Shown here: one piece after another, positions 13,968 to 25,020 of the stretch
Layout: every line of letters begins with the position of its first letter
How positions within the stretch are numbered: the stretch's first letter is position 1
DNA from: Octopus vulgaris
Lineage: Eukaryota
Reading direction: 5' to 3'
Assembly (NCBI GenBank): GCA_951406725.2
Contig: OX597834.1
Location: 930,001 to 994,000, forward strand
Length of the DNA: 64,000 bases
Program-made: the position numbers and the translations under genes
Notes under the pieces: model-generated
Told to the model about the DNA's origin: nothing
Seen by the model: only the letters and a program-made list of their open reading frames with translations
Database searches by the model: none

Positions 13968-14453
13968 ACTATATGTGTATATGGCCACAGCCTTAAGTCG
14001 GAAATTTATGAAAGAATATATGAATATAAATGTAAGTGTATGTATGTATTTGTGTGCACATGTTTGTATGTGTGTGCATCAATGGAAAAAGTTAATAGTT
14101 ATTTTGAAGTTTATCAGAAAGGAAAACAAGCTTAAACTGAAAGATTCTTTAGTCTGGTACTTTTTATACACTTGTCCCACTAATGGATAGCGTGTAGCAA
14201 GTGCAATATTGATGTCGTTCACAAAGTTTTAAGAAAAGAAGTATTGAGGAATGTAAGACTGAAAACATTTTAACAAGAGAAAGATTTTAAATCACACACA
14301 GCCAATGCTTAAATGTTTGAACAGATTATGATGTTGTTGTTGTTGATGATGAGGAGAAGGAGGGAGGGGTGTATATATATATATATATATGTATAAAAGA
14401 CTCAAACACACACACACATACAGAAAGTGAGACAAATGAGCAAATATGTCTAC

Positions 14454-14576
14454 TTCTTGATGTTTATTTTTCGTTTCTTCATCTTTTTGTTTATGATGCA
14501 ATTTCTCTCGTCTTAGTTCGTGTTTTATCTTCTTCTGTTGTTTTGAGACATTATCTCTCCGTACATTATCCATACA
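14454..14576 (-). CDS. SVBP: SVBP-like exon B (paralog of exon A): CMDNVRRDNVSKQQKKIKHELRREKLHHKQKDEETKNKHQE
   Basis: Same acceptor context (gaatttcag), 123 nt, phase 0/0, weak donor GAA|gtagac. Shares KHELRREKL..KQKDEE.KNK with exon A and has an ATG at codon 2. Confidence 0.65.
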
Positions 14577-15011
14577 CTGAAATTCAAAAACAACGGCCAT
14601 TTACCCTTTTCTTCAAATGAAATAACTCTATGAGTTTAGAATATGCAAAACCTACAGTAGAAACCACTTCAGAGATATGTTAGGTATGAGCTGATGGTAG
14701 ATGCTGGCATTTGTTGCTTAAACTGGTGTTTGGTGTAGCTGATAGTATAAATTGTTATCAAGTTCGTCGATGTGGATGAAAAGCATTCGGAAATAATCAA
14801 AAGTTTCAAGAAAACTGTATTCATTCATCAATCATTCATTTTATGGCATCCTACAAGTTTAACCATCATTACTAAGGTATAGAATGGGTGCCAATGAATG
14901 GGTTAGTCATTGTTTTGCTGCGTGGAATTTGGGAGCAATCCCAGTCAATGAAATTCTTTTCAAATTTATTTACATTATTGTTTCTATTGAATAAAAGTGA
15001 TTTTCAGGAGA

Positions 15012-15320
15012 TTATTAAGACAAGGAAATCTTTTAACACATATTTAATGATTCGGTACAGTTGTTTCTGTACCAACTCCGCTTGCAACACCAGTTTGCAG
15101 TTTGTTCAGAGTGACTATTTACGTAATGTTTGGGGTTGTAGAGATATGAGTGGCATTTCTGATGAAGTCTAATGAAGTGCCACCTCTAAAGTCTAAAACT
15201 GCAAACATTATGTAAATTTTGACTTTGAATATTGTGTAAACGGGCGTTGCAAGCAGAGTTGGTAGAGAAACAGCTGTAGCGAATCATTAGAGATGCATTA
15301 AAGGATTTCTTTGTCTTATT
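15012..15320. mobile_element. MITE / fold-back element with ~85-bp imperfect TIRs
   Basis: taagacaaggaaatcttttaa...taccaactccgcttgcaac is mirrored by gttgcaagcagagttggta...ttaaaggatttctttgtctta. Confidence 0.7.
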
Positions 15321-15598
15321 ATTTGGATGATAATTTACTCTTTGCTATACCCACACAGCAGTTCTACCATAGTGAAACCTGGGTTTTTTACACTTGATGA
15401 ATTTCAGTATTAGTCTGGTATCCAACAGTGTTGATAGCCCAGAAATCAGGTTGTGTGCTTTCCTGGAAATACCCTATCTTTATACTCTACCAGAACCTAA
15501 GATGTGTATATACACACACACACACATACAATATGTGAACTCGTGTGTATCATTGGCGATTTTTTTCCTCCGTCTTCCCTTCTTTGGACTTTTTCTAT

Positions 15599-15633
15599 AT
15601 TTCCGATGAAGAGCTCCGCTCGAAACATGAAAT
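15599..15633 (+). ncRNA. Degenerate minimal hammerhead-like motif (PLE pLTR remnant)
   Basis: CCGATGA-A-GAGC-tcc-GCTC-GAAAC. U4 and the cleavage site are mutated. Confidence 0.45.
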
Positions 15634-15744
15634 CCTCTTTCTTTTCTTTCCTTTCCTGAGCGTCCAATAACACTGTACTTATTCCACATCCTCGCGTTGT
15701 TGTTTTTTCTTGCTTGCTCATGTTTGGATTAACTATATATTTAT

Positions 15745-16817
15745 ATAAATATATATATATTCCACCGAAGTAGACTTTACCTTCCATCATTTCGAGAAAA
15801 TAAGTACCAGTTGTGCAATTGGGGGTCAATTACATCGACTGCAATTCATCATTTTGCTCGAAATTGCTGGCCTTATGCCAACATTTGAGACCAATATATG
15901 CTTACATATGTTACGAACCTGCCGTCGCTCAACTCGAACTCGGGACCCTACTGAGTCGAGCGACGACGACTACGCTCAGTCAAATCGGAAATCCACCACA
16001 GAAAGCGGTGGTGGGTGGCAGCAAACGCAAACCAGTGACCGGAGACAACAACAACAACAGGAAGAGAGAGACAGCGGAAGGCAGTTGCTTACATTTAACA
16101 ACAGTTTATACAATTTCTTAACATCAATTAAAACATAATACAATTCAGATACATTTAAAGAAAAACATTTAAACAAATCGTACAGGGTTAAAAGAAAAAC
16201 AATCAACGCATTTCAACATAACACAACGTATGTTCTTTTCCCTTTTTTTTCTTTCTTTTCCACAGTTCTTTTTTTTTCTGACACAATTCTTTTTACATTT
16301 CAATAAATTACAGTTTATGTCACAGAGTCTCTTTTTCAAACATCATAATTCAAATCACAAATAAAAACAGAAATCCATCAAAAACATTACCGGCACGTTT
16401 TCTCGTTACAAACTCCTACTACAAGCATTCTAGCCTTCTCGCCGTCATCTCCCTTAGTTCCTCTCGCTTGACATGTCCTCAATCCCCTCTGTCAGTCTTT
16501 CTCACCATCGCAACCATCTCTGATCGACCCTCACGCCAACTACCCTGTTGCCAACTCAACTCCTCTCGCCAACTGACTAACTAACCCCAGCTCAACGCAT
16601 TTTAAAGGGGTGGCAGATTTATTTTTTTCTTAACTTTGCTTGACCGGATAAGGGTCAGAGGTACTTTCTACCCTCATTAATTTCCCTTACCGGTGACAAG
16701 ACAAAGCCCCATAACTTCTTTCTCCAGTCTCTCTGACTCCAACCAGCAGAAACTGGGTCATAACACTTTTTTTCAACTGACCTCGCATCACATACATAAA
16801 CTTACATATATATCTAA

Positions 16818-16851
<34 letters not shown>

Positions 16852-16880
16852 GTAAATGTATATATATGTGTGTGTGTGTA

Positions 16881-16929
<49 letters not shown>

Positions 16930-17116
16930 TTAGATATATATGTAAGTTTATGTATAGTAAGCATATATTGGTCTCAAATGTTGGCATAAGGCCAGCAATT
17001 TTGAGCAAAATGATGAATTGCAGTCGATGTAATTGACCCCAATTGCACAACTGGTACTTATTTTCTCGAAATGATGGAAGGTAAAGTCTACTTCGGTGGA
17101 ATATATATATATTTAT
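15745..17116. repeat. Near-perfect ~210-bp inverted duplication of a SINE fragment around a TA/TG microsatellite; left arm split by a solo LTR
   Basis: 15745-15908 plus 16791-16830 is the reverse complement of ~16915-17116, with only a few differences. Confidence 0.9.
15909..16790. mobile_element. Solo LTR (Gypsy-like, 882 bp)
   Basis: Termini TGTTACGA...TCGCATCA with 4-bp TSD CATA (15905-15908 and 16791-16794). It is absent from the sister arm of the inverted repeat. Confidence 0.75.
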
Positions 17117-17414
17117 AGATCATTGGTTTATATTTAATGTTTAGATATATTTTTATTACGAAATTCAGTAGCAGAACTAATGAAAAGGGCCACTAGTTCA
17201 AATCCTTTAAGAAACGGAAATTTTCAAGTGATTCTCATTTAAATATCATTCACATATGAATTAAAGTAAACTCCAATTACTTTTTTTCTGCATATCTTGA
17301 CATAAACCATGAAGTGCTACAATAATTTTTGTTAAATCTGTCCGTCTGTAACATACTTCTGGTTTACTTTGCAACTCTCACTCTCTCCTTCTGCATGCAT
17401 CTTCAATGTTTTGA

Positions 17415-17990
17415 TTATTATAAATCTTCCACTGAGGAGGGAGCCAGTTTCCAACAAAGATACAAGACTCCATCTTTGGGATGTAATTAATACAGAAAAA
17501 TTCACATTTGGAACTTGAGGAAAGTCTTGCATATTTTTACTGCACCACTCACAGATTGCACTTATAATGTACAAATTAGCCAGTCGATTTCTCTTTCTGA
17601 AAATCCCAATTTATCCAGATTCCCCTGTGGCGTATGCGAGAGATTCGAAATAAAGGCCCCTACCTTCTCTTCGCTCAGATGGAGACCCTTCAGCGGTAAC
17701 GGATCCTTCAACACAGCCCGACTCGAACACTAGAAATAGCAGCTGCTTCTCCCAACCTTAACAACGTGCTGACCCATCTTCCTCGCTCGGTGACCACGAT
17801 CGAAAGGCCGAATGCTACCCTACCTGCGCACGCGTCGCTGCTGCCCCTTCCGGCCAGCCCCAAGTTCCAGTCAGCTCCCCAGCTGCTGACGTCATCCCAC
17901 ATCCCCTTTAAGCTTTTACTAACAAAACCTAGTGCTACACTTATTATTATTATCGGTATGCATGTACATATATTTTCTGAATGTGGTTAT
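17415..17990 (-). mobile_element. R4/Dong-like LINE 3' end
   Basis: VQSVSGAVKICKTFLKFQM* plus 3' UTR; homologous to ~58655-58920. Confidence 0.75.
17626..17901. mobile_element. Short solo LTR (276 bp) nested in the R4-like fragment
   Basis: TGTGG...CCACA termini with 5-bp TSD TCCCC. The empty site is visible in the homologous copy at ~58840. Confidence 0.8.
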
Positions 17991-18789
17991 TAAAGATGTT
18001 AAGTTAGCATTTTCAAAAATAAAAAAATCTCACCCAAGAAAATTTACTAGCAAGTGTTAGTTTTTCTTTTTCTTGTTTCTTCCTTTTTAAACTTATTAGG
18101 TCATTTTCTCCACAATAATAAATGTTGTGTATTTACCTACCACTGATTTCACTTAGATCTCTCACTCAATACGCAAATAACCTAGATGACTTACAGATAC
18201 TGCCCACTTCGGTTTCCTCCATTCGATCAATCAGAAAATAGTTGAGTGATTATTTTCTAGCAACCATTTTAAAATTCATTTTATTATAAGAGAGTTTGTC
18301 ACGAATGAAGTTTATCACTGCTTTTCTTCTCTTTTCATTTCGCTCTCTCACAAAATACATCCCCAGTCTCTGGCACACTTATCCACAATAGAGAAGGAGC
18401 TGGTTTCTAACCTAGATCCAAGGCTCCTTCATTGGAATTTCAATATTAACAACAGGGTATCTATGAATGTATGTATGTATGTATGTATGTATGTGTGTAT
18501 GTGTGTATGTATCTATGTATGTGTGTATGTGTGTATATGTGCAAATTCGTATTTTTTTTATATATGTCTTTGCATGCATATGTATGTATGTCATTATTCA
18601 GTTTTATTTCAAGAATTCCTGTCAATAGAGAAAGAGCCGGTTTCTAATCTAGATCCAAGACTCCTTTGGATTAAGCACTCTTATAAATAAATTTTAATAA
18701 ATGCATGAATAACTGTCGTTTTTGACCGCAGTGGGGTCACCAGTGGTTAAACCAGTGGTTAAACCAGTGGTTAACCAGTGGTTAAACAA

Positions 18790-19329
18790 AATTACAGTTG
18801 GAGATAATTATTCAGCGAGCAAATAAGCTCTTTTAAGAGCTTATTCCCTCAGGCAAGACCATCAGTTTGGATGTGTAGAGTAACCAGATGGACAAATTAA
18901 AAGCAGTGAACCACCAGAAGCACCCAGCATTTACTAATCTTAAGGGCATTGCTTTTAATCACAATTCCAGACTGCACACTTCTTTGCAAATGCAAGCAGA
19001 AGTTACTAGAGCTTAGCTGGGAAGTTTAACCACACCCTCCATATTCGCTCGACCCTACATCTTCAGGTTTCCACCTGTTTCGGTCTCTTCAAATTCACCG
19101 AATGAACAGATCTTTGACTCTGAATAGGATGTAAAAATTCACCTGGAAGAGTTTTTCACCAGTAAAGGTTGACATTCTTTGAGTAAGGACTAATGGATCT
19201 GTCCACAAGATGGCAAAGAATACTGGGATGAAATAGTAATTATATACTTGACTAAATAAATAGCTTTGTGTTTAAAACTAGTGTTTTATTTTTACTTAAC
19301 AAAAAAGGATATTTTGGCCAATCCAATAG
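18790..19329 (+). mobile_element. Mariner transposase 3' remnant
   Basis: PHPPYSLDPTSSGFHLFRSLQ (YSPDLAP-like); ends ttttggccaatccaata. Confidence 0.7.
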
Positions 19330-19622
19330 AGACAGACATACAGACAGGCAGGCAGATAGATAGTTTAGAAAAGAGGGAGCAGGCCGAGTGAAACAGTATT
19401 ATATGTTAGAAGCCAAATTTTGCTTAAACCATTGTCTTTAAATTGTCATCATATTGAATAAAATACAATTAGGTGACAAGTGGAATGTCTTTGGTCATAG
19501 ATCTTCATCAGAACTGATTTAAAGCAGCAACCACTACCAACAACAACAGCAATCACATCAAGTATACAAATTCTTTGTAAAAGAAAAAGTTGATACGAGT
19601 AATTTGTAGTTGAATAACTTAC

Positions 19623-19745
19623 TGTTTCATAAGTCTTTGGCTGTTTAACTATTGACGAACGCTTTTCGAAATTCTTTTCACGTCTGTTCACAAGTTTTAT
19701 CTTCTGAGAAAATGGTTCATCAGTCACTGAACTTCTGAAGAAATT
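19623..19745 (-). CDS. Candidate SVBP-like exon D (diverged paralog): NFFRSSVTDEPFSQKIKLVNRREKNFEKRSSIVKQPKTYET
   Basis: Polypyrimidine-AG acceptor (AG at + 19746-19747), donor ACA|gtaagt, exactly 123 nt, open only in phase 0. QKIK...RREK aligns with KKIKHELRREK. Confidence 0.6.
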
Positions 19746-19857
19746 CTAAAAAAGGAAACAATTTCACATATTAATCTCTGCCTCCATATATCTGACTTTC
19801 ATGAAATTTTGAGAAACAAGCATGCTGTAAGTTCTTTTTTAATATTTCCTGCATTGG

Positions 19858-20064
19858 AAGGCGGCAAGCTGGCAGAAACATTAGCACGCCATACAAAATG
19901 CTTAGCTGTAATTCATGTCTTTACGTTCAAATTCTGCCGAGGTCGACTTTGCCTTTCATCCTTTTGGGGTTGATAAATTAAGTACCAGTTGCGTACTGGA
20001 ATCGATCTAATCAACTGGCCCCTTCCTCTAAAATTTTGGGCTTTGTGCCTAGAGTAGAAAAGAG
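19858..20064 (+). mobile_element. SINE with Meta-like core and ~15-bp TSD
   Basis: Core gccgaggtcgactttgcctttcatcc...gataaattaagtaccag. TSD tatt(t/c)cctgcattgg at 19843-19857 and 20065-20079. Confidence 0.8.
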
Positions 20065-20589
20065 TATTCCCTGCATTGGGAATGTCTGCACTGACTCAAC
20101 TATTGTTTTGTATGCCTATGGTGTTTCTGCAATATTTATTCTCTAAGCAATTTTATATTCTGTACCAAGCGGTGCATATTCTTGTACAGTTACTTGGTGA
20201 ATCATTTAACACCACTTTGGCAAGTGAAGGTGAGGTAAAATATACTGAAGTATGTTCAGGATTATCTCCAGTACTTTCTCGGACGCTTAAGATAAATTGA
20301 TTTCTAAATTGAGCTCAAAACCAATATCTTTGCAAGTATTTTGCTAGTCTCTACCTAATGACTTTCATAGCCCAATAGGAAGAGTGTTATAATGAGCAAC
20401 AATGTTAATGACAAGTGTTTTATTCCACACAGAATAATTATTTCTAGTTAGTTTCAAGTTTTAAGTATCTTAAAACTAGCTGCTGGGTGTCTCAATGCAT
20501 AATTATTTTTATCTTATTTGTCTGTGTTTCTGAGCACCTGATTATTTCTAGTTAACTTTTTTGCTTTTACTTCTGTTCAATATCAACGA

Positions 20590-20648
20590 TTTCTATTTCT
20601 ATTTCTATTTCTATTTCTATTTCTATTTCTATTTCTATTTCTATTTCT
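20590..20648. repeat. (TTTCTA)n microsatellite
   Basis: About 9-10 hexamer copies. Confidence 0.95.
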
Positions 20649-22951
20649 TTACAGGCATAACTATAAAATAGCAAACTTTCCAGATGTAATACTGGACCGT
20701 GGTACTGGACTTTACATTCCACAAACCCAACAAAAACTTACAAACCATGAATAAAAGTTCCTAGAGCATCGATTAAACACAGAGTTAGAAGTGTTTCAAC
20801 TGCAATATCTAGGTTAACTGGTAATGAGGAGATTTTCTCTCAGAAAATGGAATATTATAATGCTACTTTAGTTAGAGCAAGATATACGGAGAACCGTTAT
20901 ATTCTTAAAGGCAATACAAAGAAAATACCAAAGGACAATGGACTGCACTCAAAAGAGTGTAGACTAAATAAACATCAAGGCAATATAAATCATTATAACA
21001 TGTGCAGCAATATAAGTGTTTACAACAGATAATTGTACAAAAACAAATAAGGAAACGACACAGTCTACATTGTGAGTTACAAAAATTACCTCCCAGTTAA
21101 GAAAGCAAATTGTCTAAATAACTCTGTTTCCCGTGACTACACAGTAAATATCAAGTACATTCAGAGATTAGATCCTATATTAAGCATGTGTAAATAGATT
21201 AAACAAAATAATACCGAGAGGTAACATTTATCCCCACATAAATGTGAATGTTCTATTAGAACAAACTATACTGTGGTAGATACCATGCGAGAAATTCTCA
21301 GATTGGCTTTTGGTGCAAAATGCACTCTTGTTTACATGGCTAACAGGGAGACAAATCCTCTCCAGCACCATGACCACCGGATTACGTGATTTGAACCTTC
21401 CTTGATGGACGCTTGCCTGTTAGAGATAGCAGCAACTCATCTCCCCACCTGTGATGTATAGAATAATAGTGCCAAAACAGGCACTGATTAGTAGGGAGCT
21501 TGTTAACATAAAAATATATACATATATACATATCAATGATAATAATAAGGATTATTACGAAGTAGCATAGCATAACCTTTAATTCTTTTATATATACAAC
21601 TTTACATAGACCTGCGCATGTTTCAACTGCATTGATTAGCAACCTTTACAATTGCAACCCTACTATAATACTGGTGCAGTTTTTTCGGAGTCTTTATTTT
21701 AACATTCTTCAATTTTTAGTTCCAGGTCTGTATGGTTTTACAGTACAAATCAATTCCCAATTGATAATATAGTCTTTGTTTCTGTCTTTAATAGACCAGA
21801 ATAATTTACTAAGACTTGTTTGGAATCTTAGTTTTATCTCTAAATGAACTCAAACGATTTCCAACTTTAATATATTTTTTTTAACAAAATGTGGTTTTTG
21901 AAGTTTCAGCTACATGCTAATCCCCAAACAGTCCTATTCACTGGGACATCTTACATTTGTATACCTTTTCTACTATTTCATAGCAATGCTCTCTCTCTCA
22001 CTCGATCTATCTTTCTATCTATTGATCTATCTATCTTTGTTTATCGCCTCTATTTCTATAAGCCTTTCCTTATGATTTTATCTCTCTCACTTTTATCCTC
22101 ATTCTTTTTTCTCAGTTACTTTCTCCATTCGGTCTTTTTTGTGAAAATTTTTACTTTTTATCTACTTAATATCAAAATTACAAAGAAATTTCATATTTCA
22201 AGTTTCATTCAATCATACACACACAATACAATATACGTATCGCGTTATTTGTTTTCATGTTAGAATTTCTCAATTCAGTATATAATGTTATTGCTTGCAA
22301 ATAGTGAGCTTGTGTCACGTTATGATTTTTTAACTGACCAAATCATGTGTTTCAATGTAGTTAAAGTGTCATTGTCGATAGTGCACTCAGAAATTAAGAA
22401 GGGCCACCAGAAAGGAGCAATTAGCTTGTGGACGTGTAGCTTTATACTTTGTAGCAAAAAACAACCAATGATTAAAACTACTTTGAGCTATCGGTACCAC
22501 ATAGTAGTGAGGTTGCATGGCCTAGTGGTTAGTGTGTCGCACTCACGATCATGAGAACGTGGTTTCAATTCCTAGACCGGGGGGGGGGGGATCAGTAACT
22601 AATACTGCTGTGGATCTTATTCATTTCATCTGTCTTTGTTGCGGGCAAGAATGGTGAAATTGTTGACTGCCTAACTTATCTTGAACAAGGAGATAATTTA
22701 TATTAAATTACTCTTTTCATTTAAAGCTTCGAAAAAGTCATTTCATGAATTTTAAGAGACTTTGTCAGTGAGCATTATATATTTGAGTGAAAGCAAGAAG
22801 GGCTTTTATTCTGCTTCTCTACTTTATATCAACCAACAAGAAATAGCGAAAACAACCTGAAAAATTAACTAAAGAGTACCTCAGTTTGGTGGAAGATGAA
22901 ATACCTGAAGGCAATGAAAGAGACTGAACTCATATTGATGCTGATACTCAC

Positions 22952-22998
22952 CGAATATGTTTTCTTGCAATTTGAGATATTAGTACTTGGTACGGTAA
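22952..22998 (-). other. Possible further upstream exon of the SVBP-like gene
   Basis: Acceptor tttccag and strong donor CG|gtgagt. Its 47 nt are open as TVPSTNISNCKKTYS ending in phase 0. No homology recognised. Confidence 0.22.
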
Positions 22999-23856
22999 CT
23001 GGAAATATATATAAGATGTTTAACACAGTCTTCGATGATAATAATAATGATGGTGATGGTGGCAGTGGTTATAATGAGTATGATGGTGAATTGCTGTTTT
23101 CCACAAGGGTTGCCTGTGAGGATCTAAAGGGAGATGAGGAATATCCTGTTTAAGATGGTTTTAAACTTTTAAGCTTGTTCAACACCCGGGCAAAGCAAAA
23201 AGAATTGAGCAATTGCAAACTCTTTTGTCCTCTCATTAATAAGGGCGGAAAAAATTATCATTAGTATTTGTAGGAAGCTGGTATTTGCCAGTTTGAAAAC
23301 CACTAATTTAGTCACAAGCCAACCCTGATCCTGTAGACCTGCGATTGATGCAATTCACTGCCACCATTCCGCCTTTTATTTCAGCATAGAATCTAGATTA
23401 TCTATTGTTATTTACTTTTCATTAAGATGAGTAGGGTGTTAGATGAAAAAGATTTGACTGATGTTATTAGCATGTAGAGTGACTGCATTGAGGTTCCCTT
23501 CACAATTCGGTGGGGGTCAGGAAGATTATTCTTGGGCAGAGAGAAAGAAGAGAGAGAGAGCCAATGGTTGCATAGACATTTCTTCTTAGCTTGTATTTTT
23601 AGTACGTAACTATATATTGAATGGATAGAAATTAATATATTTTAGCTTTTCCTTGATATCAGCGATTTCTTACTATTTTAGTGATACCTAAAAGCGAATC
23701 GGTGACATATGCAACGGTATTTTCACACAGATTCATGACAATGGCTTCTCTTTACTCTATACACCTTGACCATTGTCATGCATTGAATTTCTTTCCTTAT
23801 GCCAACTATTAGAACACTTGTTCCCCACAGAAGTTATATTAACTGAATATATTATA

Positions 23857-24250
23857 CTAGCAGTATCGCCGGCGTTGCTCGGGTTTGTAAGGGAAATAAC
23901 TATATAAGCATTTTTAGAGATGTAAAGTATAATAGCCATCTCAATATGGCTAACCACAAAGGGGGAGGGGTGTTACTGTAGCTTTTTACGTTCTGAGATT
24001 TAATAATAAATTTTAGAGAGTTACTTCCCTTATATATGTCAAAAATGGATTAAAAATGGGAAAAATTGATGGTAAATTTTTTTTTTAATCGTAGACTCAT
24101 CGTAGACGCGCGCTAATACCCAGACGGTCTCGATATGAATCACGACTATAAGATACCCGGTTTTGGTAAAACTGCACCGCAAAATGTGGGAGTAGTTAGG
24201 AATCTAAATCGTAGGAGACAGACACACAACCTCACTTTTATATATAAAGA
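23857..24250 (-). mobile_element. Non-autonomous Helitron
   Basis: Minus strand starts TC and ends with hairpin cccgagcaacgccggcg followed by CTAG; inserted at A|T. Confidence 0.85.
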
Positions 24251-24330
24251 TTTCCTCTATTTACATAATATTGAGGTCTCTTTCTTTCTTTTGTTATCTT
24301 ACTGTTTTTACCAATATACATATATATATA

Positions 24331-24652
24331 GTTACAGAGATGTACTTGCATAGCAAGTGACTTGATCTGAGATCGTGTGCTGGAACGAAAACAGTTGCAG
24401 CGTTGAAGGTGTTTATAAGCCATTTAAGAAACACACAAAAACCGTTAGATTCACTTCAACATTTAAATTTAATTTGTCAAAATATTTTCGTCGCTTTGAG
24501 ACCGCGACCTGTTAGCACGATATTTTTGTCAGTGAACAGGTCGCGGTCTGAAAGCGACGAAAATATTTTGGCAAATTAAATTTAAATGTTGAAGTGAATG
24601 TAACGGTTTTTGTGTGTTTCTTAAATGGCTTACAAACACCTTCCACGCTGCA
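24331..24652. mobile_element. Fold-back PLE-pLTR-like element carrying a hammerhead-like motif
   Basis: ~24395-24513 is inverted against ~24535-24652; same family as 36009-36236. Confidence 0.75.
24525..24575 (+). ncRNA. Type-I minimal hammerhead-like ribozyme, G3:C8 core variant
   Basis: Stem I TTTGTCA/TGGCAAA; core GTGAACA; G plus stem II GTCGC/GCGAC; GAA; palindromic stem III AATATT; site UUU. Confidence 0.65.
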
Positions 24653-25020
24653 ATATATATATACACACATATATATATATATGTATGTATGTATGTATGT
24701 GTGTATATGTGTATGCATGTATGTGTGTGTGTGTGCGTGTCTGTGCTTGTGATTGTCCTCCACCACTGCTTGACAACGAATGTTGGTTTGTTTACATCCC
24801 TGTCACCTAGTGGTTTGACAAAGGAAACAGATAGAATAAGTACAATGCTTACAAAAATAAAACTGGAGTTGATTCATTAAACTACAATTCTTCAAGGCAT
24901 TGCCCCAGCATGGCCACAGACCAATGGCTGGAAAAAGCAGAAGAATAAAAGAATACATTCTCTGCTTTGGTCATATGTTGAAGGCATGAGAAAGCTTGAG
25001 TTTACATGAGAAGGCCTAAC

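Noticed and set aside
15903-16798. Alternative 6-bp TSD (TACATA) for the solo LTR
   Set aside because: The uninterrupted sister arm of the inverted repeat fits the 4-bp CATA TSD with one indel, against five for the 6-bp reading.
22512-22590. tRNA gene
   Set aside because: A/B-box-like head without a full cloverleaf; most likely a truncated tRNA-derived SINE.
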